NCBI GenBank assembly: GCA_964016885.1
Contig: OZ024741.1
Span: 313,162,001 to 313,226,000 of the forward strand
Reading direction: 5' to 3'
DNA from: Eledone cirrhosa
Taxonomy: Eukaryota
Length of the DNA stretch: 64,000 nt
Shown here piece after piece: positions 56,070 through 64,000 of the stretch (position 1 is the stretch's first letter; every line of letters starts with the position of its first letter). A program made the translations under genes and the position numbers. Below the pieces are notes generated by a model. It had not been told where the DNA came from and made no database searches. It was given only the letters and a program-made list of their open reading frames with translations.

Positions 56070-59000
56070 ACATCACCGTATTACGTCCGTTCTTCCATGC
56101 TAGCATGAGTTAGACGGGTCGTCCTGTTGTGTGCAGTGTCTGGTCGGCTGACCATGCCTTGCTCATACAGGAACTGATTTTGGCTTGATTTCTACAGCTG
56201 GATGCCCTTCCTAACACCAACCTCATTTACAGTGAGTGCTGGGTGCTTTTCCCGTGGCGCCTACACGTCCACTTTACAGTGTGGGCTGGGTGCTTTTTGA
56301 CGTGGCACCCCCACGACCACCTTGCAGTGGGAAGGTGTGGGGGCATATTGTCTATATGCTTCAGCTTGTACCCATGGGAGGTCGGGTACTCTGTATTACT
56401 GCGTGATGCCAGAGGTCACGGTGGTGTGTCATCGCCTTTGAGAGGTGTAATCGGGTAAGGTAGGCTTTTATCACCTCATCCCAGGTCTTCTTGTGTCTCC
56501 CCACTCCACGGTTTCCATTGACTTCTAGTGCTCTGCACCCTTTTATGCAGCTGGCATCCTTCATACGCATCACATGTCAATACCAACGCAACCGCCTCTC
56601 CTGCACACAGCATTTGATTCCTCTTATGCCCAGTCTCTCTCTCAATTCATTTATGCTTTGTCGTTCGCGTATATTACTATTACACATCCATCGGAGCATG
56701 CAGGCTTCGTTTATTTCTAATCTAGGTAAGTCTACCAACTTCAGCGCCCAGGTCTCACTACCATGTAACATTGTTGTTCGGATACACACATCATACAGTC
56801 TGCCTTTCATTTTGAGGGAGAAGCCTTTTGCAGCTAGCAGTGGCCGTAGTTCCCTGAACTTCTTCCATCCCGTTCTTACCCTAGTTATTGTACTTTCTGA
56901 ACACCCACCTCCGCTGCTAATTCGTTCACCTGGGTAGAAGAAGCTGTCTACTGTTTCTACCGAGCCCTCCCAGAGATTGGTGGTACTTGTTTCCTGTGGC
57001 TGTTTGCTGCTTGCTGTCCCAGCGCAACTGTTGCATGTGAAGCCTACATTCTTAATTAAGCTTCCTGAGATTCCGCTGCATCTCTTGTGTACCCATTGTT
57101 TGCATTTGGGGCAGAGAATGGAGTCCCTACCTACACCTTTCATACATACTGAGCAAGGCCATTTCCCTGAGGGGATCTGGGTTCTGTTTTCTCTTCTACT
57201 TACAAGGACCTTAGTCTTTGTCATGTTGACTTTTTGACCCTTTCTTTCTAGTCCCTGCTTCCAAGTTTGGCATTTGTACTCTAGTTCTACCATAGATTCA
57301 GCTATAAGTGCGAGGTCATCAGCATACAGGAGTTCCCATTGGCATCCGGTCTTAAACTCCTCCCTTATTGCCTGCAGGACTATGATGAACAGGAGAGGGC
57401 TAAGAACAGAGCCCTGGTGGACACCAACCTATAAGCTAAATTCCTCGATATACTCATTGCTAATCCTAACTTGGCTGACTGCTCCCCTATACATTGTTTG
57501 TACAGCTATCACAAGCCATTCATCTACTCCTAGTTTTCTAAGAACCCACCAGATTAGAGCACGTGAAACTCTGTCAAAGGCTTTCTCGAGATCGACGAAT
57601 GCCAGGGAGAGTGGCTTACTTTTAGCTAGGTAATTTTCCTGTAACTGCCTCACAAGGAAGAGGGCATCAGTGGCACCTCTTCCTGGTACAACTTGCATCT
57701 CATCTAGTTTCACCCGGTCCCTAATCAACTATGCCATAACTCTTTCTGTTAATTTCATGACCTGCTCCATCAGCTTTATACCTCTATACTTTCCTCTATC
57801 TAGTGCATCGCCTTTACCTTTGTAGCAGTTGGTAATGATGCTACTGCACCAATCTTTTGGTATGACATCTTCTAGTATTACCTGGTTAACAATACGTGTG
57901 GTTATAGTGTGACCTACAGACCCAGATGCCTTCAGCATCTCGGCAGCTATACCTGATGGACCAGTTGCCTTCCCCATATTCCTATCTTTGATTGCCTTAC
58001 TTCCTACGCTGCTGCTGACTTGTACTGCTGGCCCCTCTATAGGGTCTGCTTGGGGTAGGGTCTCTTCTTCCCATGCATTCTCCTTCTTTAGTAATCTATC
58101 ATAATGGCTCTTCCATGCATCTTTCTTCTCAGCACTTGTGAGGGCAAGCTCACCTTTATCATTCCGGATACACTTCTCTCCAATGACATCACAATTCTCT
58201 CTGACACACTGCCTCGCAATCTTGAACACCTCCTGTTTCTGGTCCTCACGTTGCAAAACATGCTTGAATTTTCTATCCTCTGCTTCCCTCCTAGCTAAGT
58301 ATACTTATCGCCTAGCTTCCCTCTCGGTCTCTATATAATGTACCCTGCTCCCCCCGTTCTTCCATTCTTTCCATGCCTGTCTCTTGGCCTTAACTGCCTC
58401 ATATACCTTATTGTTCCACCACCAAGTCAATCTCCTCTTGCTTGTGGTCATACTCCAGCCATAGACCTCATCCGTCGCCTCTAGTAAGTTATTTTTAGGA
58501 GCTCCCAGTGCTCTTCTACATTGAATGTCTATATCAGTTCTTCTTTACTGTCGTAGGCGTTGAGTAAAATATCTTTAAATCTGTTACTGGCTGAGGGGTC
58601 TTTCAGCTTCCAGATCTTCCTTCTCCAGGTTGGCCTCTGTTTCCAGGTTCGTCTAGTTCTGAACTTCAGGTCGCTGACAACTAAGCTATGTTGGGAGGTA
58701 CATTCCTCACTAGGGTAGGCTTTTGTGTTTACGACCGTCCATCTGTCACGTCCTCTGATGAGGATAAAATCTATCTGACCAGAATGCTCCCCTGATCTAT
58801 AGGTGATCAGGTGGTTGTCGGGATTTTTGAAGTTTGTGTTACATATCGACATGTCATTGGCGTCGCAGAATTCTAGAAGTCTGAATCCTTCCTCGTTTCT
58901 TGTGCCAACCCCGTGGCCTCCATGGGCTCTATTGAAGCCGTCACAGTGTTTGCCTACGTGTCGGTTAAAATCTCCTGCGTTGATTAGGAAGTCATTGTCG

Positions 59001-59650
59001 TTTGTTAGAGCAGTAGTGTGCATTAGGGACTCGCAAAATCTATCCTTAAGTTCGTCTGGCAACCCCGATTGGGGTGCGTAAGCTGATATTATTGTGGTAA
59101 TTGTTTTATTCAGGACTAGTCTGAGTTTAATGATTCTTGCATTTACCCTGTACACTGAGATTACTTTATCTTCCCACTTGTCAGCTAGTAGTATACCTAC
59201 ACCACCCATCCCATCGTCATTTCCCACCCATAATAATTTGTAGCACTGACTTTTTCCTACAAGGACTCTAGCTGACTCTCCTCTCCATCTAGTCCCTTGC
59301 ACACAGCATACATCAATTTCCTTTCGCTCTAGCATTTCTACGATTTCTCCTGCTCTTCCTTTCATTGTGCTTACATTGATGATACCAACGCGGAGTTTTG
59401 GGCATTTGTCGACACTCGTAGGGAAGGGGCGATTTTTTGCAGGGGTGTGTGTGTGTGAGCTTCCTCTCTCTGGATTGGGCTTCACACGGGTGCTTGGTAG
59501 CTCGCGGATTCATATTCATTTCATCTATTAATTCAGAGTTGCTCCAATTTATTCTCAGCTCATCCATACATAACGGTAGGAAAATATATCAGTTGGTTGG
59601 GGTACAGCAACAGTTATCGACACATGAAACTTACCCACATAGGAACTAAA
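56038..59650 (-). mobile_element. Near full-length RTE-clade LINE (APE endonuclease plus RT), inactivated, with (GAT)n tail
   Basis: ORFs 58529 (LRVGIINV.TM, CCVQ.TRW, ISAYAPQ, GDFN.HVG, QIDFIL, SQHSLV), 57729, 57429 (FVDLEKAFDRV), LLYADDL and 56577. (CAT)n at 56038-56075 is the 3' tail. The 5' UTR may extend to ~60300. Confidence 0.95.
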
Positions 59651-60504
59651 CTCGCCTGGACCCACTCAAGCAACGCAACTCAGAATTGCACACACTCATG
59701 TCATAGCGTAAACCTCGACTAACTGGGAAAGCATCTAACGTATAATACATCGAGAGAAATAGTCCTCTGCATTATCATATAATTCGATACCGCAACCGCG
59801 AACGTTCAACCATCAATACACAGCAGTTCGAGATACATGATTACAACTCTGTATATTTACAGCTTCTTCTAAATGTTACACACACACATGCATACACAGT
59901 TATACGTTTTCTTTTTTTTTTGTCACTCCAAAATTCGCTGCACTCGCAATACGGGCGCAGTAACCACTTTTTGTGTTTTGGGACACGCTTCTAGAATCAG
60001 ATTTCGCTACCCCTTTTGTAATCGATCATTGCCCCTGCATCGATCTGGGTAGGGAACTAATGTAGCGAAATCTGTCCGCACCTTCAACACTGGGTGACAC
60101 AGAAAGGTCAAATTCCGGGTTACCTCCTTTTCGGCGTAAACAAGTTCATGCCTGAGCGAGCCCCCGAGGCGGGAAACAGAAAACGACATATATAAATAGC
60201 CTGTATCAGACCAAGCAAATGGAGAGCGGAGCAGTGCACGACAGAAAAGCTATGCAAAACATTCACCTCTAACTACAGTCCTCTGAGGTCTACAGACTGC
60301 TTCAGAGGTTTACTCTCTCTCTCTCTCTCCTGGTCTCAGACTACACCAGCATCATGAAGCAACGTCAAAAACATTTTCAAACGTTATAACTCTTAGTAAT
60401 CATTGTTCATTTACGAAGTGAAGTGAAGTAAATCTTTTATATCAAATGTAAACCTGCTATTCGTGATATATCTTCGAATGAGTACTTCTAATCACCTTCG
60501 CTTC

Positions 60505-60803
60505 ATTTACGCCGGATGAGACGACACCCCAAGTATAAGGCATTCCCTAGCCGTAGATATGCTTGCCGTTGATTAATTGCACGAAATATAAAACATGAAA
60601 ATAAACACTAAATAGTTGTACAATAAAAATGCATGTGAGGGAATTACTAATTGTAAAATTTATTTTACAGTTAACAAAATGATTTAACAAAATGATTTAA
60701 CTGAACTGTTTATAAACAACATACTACCACACCCTTACTGGATACGCGGTAATTTAAAAAACCTAAATATTCCTTATCATGTGTGTTACATGGCGATATA
60801 TTT
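60505..60803 (+). repeat. Segment B of the tandem unit (5'-truncated)
   Basis: tacgccggatgagacgacaccccaagtataaggcatt...ttacatggcgatata. Confidence 0.75.
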
Positions 60804-61141
60804 GTGCGTATATGTGTGTTTATTTAAATGTAAACATGTAGCAAATACATATCGAAGTAACTGATAAAATATGGTGTAAATTTGAAGTTTTATATATGTT
60901 ATTTTTCTTATAATATTGTTATTTTCAATGTTTTTTCAATTCTTTCATAATCTTTTTAACAATGCATTTAACTAAACTAAAATTCCATGTAGAGGATCAA
61001 TATAATAATTAATAAGTATACAAGTTCATTTGTTTATCACAAAACCGCTTTCATCTTAAAATTTTGCATAAAATGGTATCATTATTATCTGTAAGTAATT
61101 AATGATATCTTCAACATTATCATATATATTGATAGTTTCAG

Positions 61142-61276
61142 AATGCCGAGTAGGCAAGTTTGGTGTTGCTTGTAATGCAACATGCCATTGTATCAACAAC
61201 ATTTACTGTGACAAGCGAAATGGAACATGTCCAGATGGATGTACGGCAGGCTACATTGGTGACAATTGCCAACAAG
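61142..61276 (+). CDS. EGF-like exon copy with open frame and all 8 Cys but a non-canonical (GA) donor
   Basis: gtttcag|ECRVGKFGVACNATCHCINNIYCDKRNGTCPDGCTAGYIGDNCQQ G|gaatat, where other copies have G|gtatct. Confidence 0.6.
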
Positions 61277-61782
61277 GAATATCATAAACTTGCTACATAT
61301 TCACTATATACAAACACACACACTCACACACACATGTGTATATATATACGTGTGTGTGTGTGCGTCTGCGTGTGGTATGTGTGTGGGTCTGGGTGTATAT
61401 TTGTGTGTGAGTGTGTGCGTGTGTGCGTGTATGTGTGTGTGTGTTAATTTGATGTTTAATATAATAATCGCTTCTACTGGCCAACAATTGTTCCATCCAA
61501 AGAAATCATCAGTATACGGCTTTCCTGAATAATCATTTTGAATGAAATTGTTCTAGTACTGTAGAAGCTACATCTATATTAAACGTGATATTTACACCCT
61601 ATAATTATTTATTAATATTATACCTAAAAATATCGCATGTTGCTAGATATCCAAACTAATCCTACTGTATAACTAGATGTTAGAACCAGAATTTTAATTT
61701 TCTCGCTTTCAATGTCTCAGATTCTGTCTATCTCCCTCTCTCTGTCTCTCTCTCTCTTTCTCTCTTTCTCTCTCTCTCCCCG

Positions 61783-61911
<129 letters not shown>

Positions 61912-61927
61912 TTATATATATATATAT

Positions 61928-63345
61928 AATAAAGAATTTATATCTACTAACATATATATACATACAAATGCATATCGATGCTAGCAAATATATAGGTTTT
62001 GTCTTAATAACATTGTGGTTCAATGCATGGGGTTGCAGAACAATAATATAAGAGACGCAAGATTAGAAAATTATAAAATTAACTTACTTACTAAAATATC
62101 ACTTCCAACTAATTATTTTCTGGAATGGAGTAGATACATCTTCCGAAGAAGGTGTTGAAAAACATCCTGTCATCAGGAAAGTCTATTCTCATACAAGTTT
62201 CCAGGCAAAGCGAGGAAGCTGGAAGCTTATTAAAAAATAAATCAGTGAATAGGAAATAGCAAAGCGTGGACTTACTTCCTAGCCATTGAGAAAATCACTG
62301 CCTCTGTGTCTGTGGCAAATTCAAAAAGAATCGAACACGTGACATCGAGGTCAATCGGTGGAAAGTGGGTTGTTAATAAGACAGCGGCCAGCCTACTACC
62401 GTAGCAGCAGTCATGGCCAGTATTGCTCGACAAATATTTTGGAGATAATAATAAAGAATTTATATCTAGTAACATATATATACATACAAATGCATATCGA
62501 TGCTAGCAAATATATAGGTTTTGTCTTAATAACTTTGTGGTTCAATGCATGGGGTTGCAGAACAATAATATAAGAGACGTAAGATAAGAAAATTATAAAA
62601 TTAACTTACTTACTAAAATATCACTTCCAACTAATTAGTTTCTGGAATGGAGTAGATACATCTTCCGAAGAAGGTGTAGAGAAACATCCTTTCCTGATGA
62701 CGGGATGTTTTTCAACACCTTCTTCGGAAGATGTATCTACTCCATTCCAGAAACTAATTAGTTGGAAGTGATATTTTAGTAAGTAAGTTAATTTTATAAT
62801 TTTCTTATCTTACGTCTCTTATATTATTGTTCTGCAACCCCATGCATTGAACCACAAAGTTATTAAGACAAAACCTATATATCTGCTAGCATCGATATGC
62901 ATTTGTATGTATATATATGTTACTAGATATAAATTCTTTATTATTATCTCCAAAATATTTGTCGAGCAATACTGGCCATGACTGCTGCTACGGTAGTAGG
63001 CTGGCCGCTGTCTTATTAACAACCCACTTTCCACCGATTGACCTCGATGTCACGTGTTCGATTCTTTTTGAATTTGCCACAGACACAGAGGCAGTGATTT
63101 TCTCAATGGCTAGGAAGTAAGTCCACGCTTTGCTATTTCCTATTCACTGATTTATTTTTTAATAAGCTTCCAGAGTCCTCGCTTTGCCTGGAAACTTATA
63201 TGAGAATTGACTTTCCTGATGACGGGATGTTTTTCAACACCTTCTTCGGAAGATGTATCTACTCCATTCCAGAAACTAATTAGTTGGAAGTGATATTTTA
63301 GTAAGTAAGTTAATTTTATAATTTTCTTATCTTACGTCTCTTATA
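61928..63345. mobile_element. Candidate retrozyme family 2 fold-back array (minus arm 61928-62690, plus arm 62691-63345; ~522-nt period)
   Basis: Direct period ~521-522 nt with inversion at ~62690. Hammerhead cores CTGATGA at 62694 and 63216, each with GAAA-CTAATTAG-TT-ggaagt. Confidence 0.9.
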
Positions 63346-63517
63346 TATATATATATATATATTTATCACGTTTCTTATGTGATATCATATTCAGCTCTGT
63401 AAGAGCATCGAGTGCTCAAACGGCCTACTGCTTACGGACGCTTTAATTACCCCACACCAATTATATATATATTTGTATATATATATATATATATATACAT
63501 AAATATATTTATATATA

Positions 63518-63985
63518 TACCGTATATGCTGGTGTAAAAGTTGAACAGCTGCATAGGTCGACCCATCAAATTCTGGGTGTAATATACGCCGGTTGAGACG
63601 ACACGCCAAGTATGCGGCATTACCATCTCCCCATCCATAGATTGCCGCTGCTTATTTGCACAAAATATAAAATATGGAAACAAACACTAAATAGTTGTAA
63701 AATAAAAATGCATGTGAAGAAACAACAATTTGTAAAATTTACATTTCAGTTACAAAATGATTTGACTGAACTGTTTTATTAGTAAACAACATGCTACCAC
63801 ACCGTGACTTGAAACGCGGTAATTTTAAACATCTAAATATTCCTAATCCTCTGTGTATCAGCATTACATGACGATATATCTTTACTTTCCGCCTGTTTCG
63901 TTTAGTGGAGAAATTACCGTAGATTTTCCGATAGTTTAGATAATTCAGTGAATCAGTATACCATTAACATCATATCTATAATAAT
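63518..63985 (+). repeat. Segment B of the next tandem unit; a SINE tail probably begins at the window edge
   Basis: taccgtatatgctggtgtaaaagttga... The window ends in ataataataattgtttctac, identical to the SINE 3' end at 35780. Confidence 0.8.
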
Positions 63986-64000
63986 AATAATTGTTTCTAC

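Noticed and set aside
62272-63120. Identical ORF pairs on opposite strands (MLLDINSLL..., MESGLLIRQ...)
   Set aside because: A by-product of the inverted repeat. The frames are not conserved in the 23108 and 53895 relatives.

Overview
This is AT-rich, microsatellite-saturated animal DNA. The SINE and repeat landscape suggest an octopod/cephalopod mollusc (inference). No prokaryotic features or complete host gene are present, and most ORFs in the track are translations of (TA)n/(CA)n/(GA)n repeats. Three layers are visible. (1) A degenerate tandem array of about 9 copies of an ancestral ~1.6-1.8 kb unit: a pogo-like segment 'B', intron plus a 135-bp phase-1/phase-1 EGF-like exon 'A', and a palindromic segment 'C'. 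Of six exon copies, two are intact; the others show a lost donor, a deleted donor, a nonsense codon, or an inversion. (2) Many retroelements, mostly inserted in or next to microsatellites: about 9 Penelope-like elements (PLEs) or fragments, an R4/Dong-like RLE element, RTE-type LINEs and tRNA-derived SINEs. (3) Two non-coding tandem-repeat families (~474-nt and ~522-nt monomers) that carry a type I minimal hammerhead ribozyme in each monomer. They are inserted as head-to-head fold-backs with PLE-like asymmetric tails, so they are candidate retrozymes. Further hammerhead-like motifs occur in PLE pseudo-LTRs. All calls were made by eye; repeat boundaries are approximate (about +/-10-30 bp), while exon and ribozyme coordinates were counted base by base.
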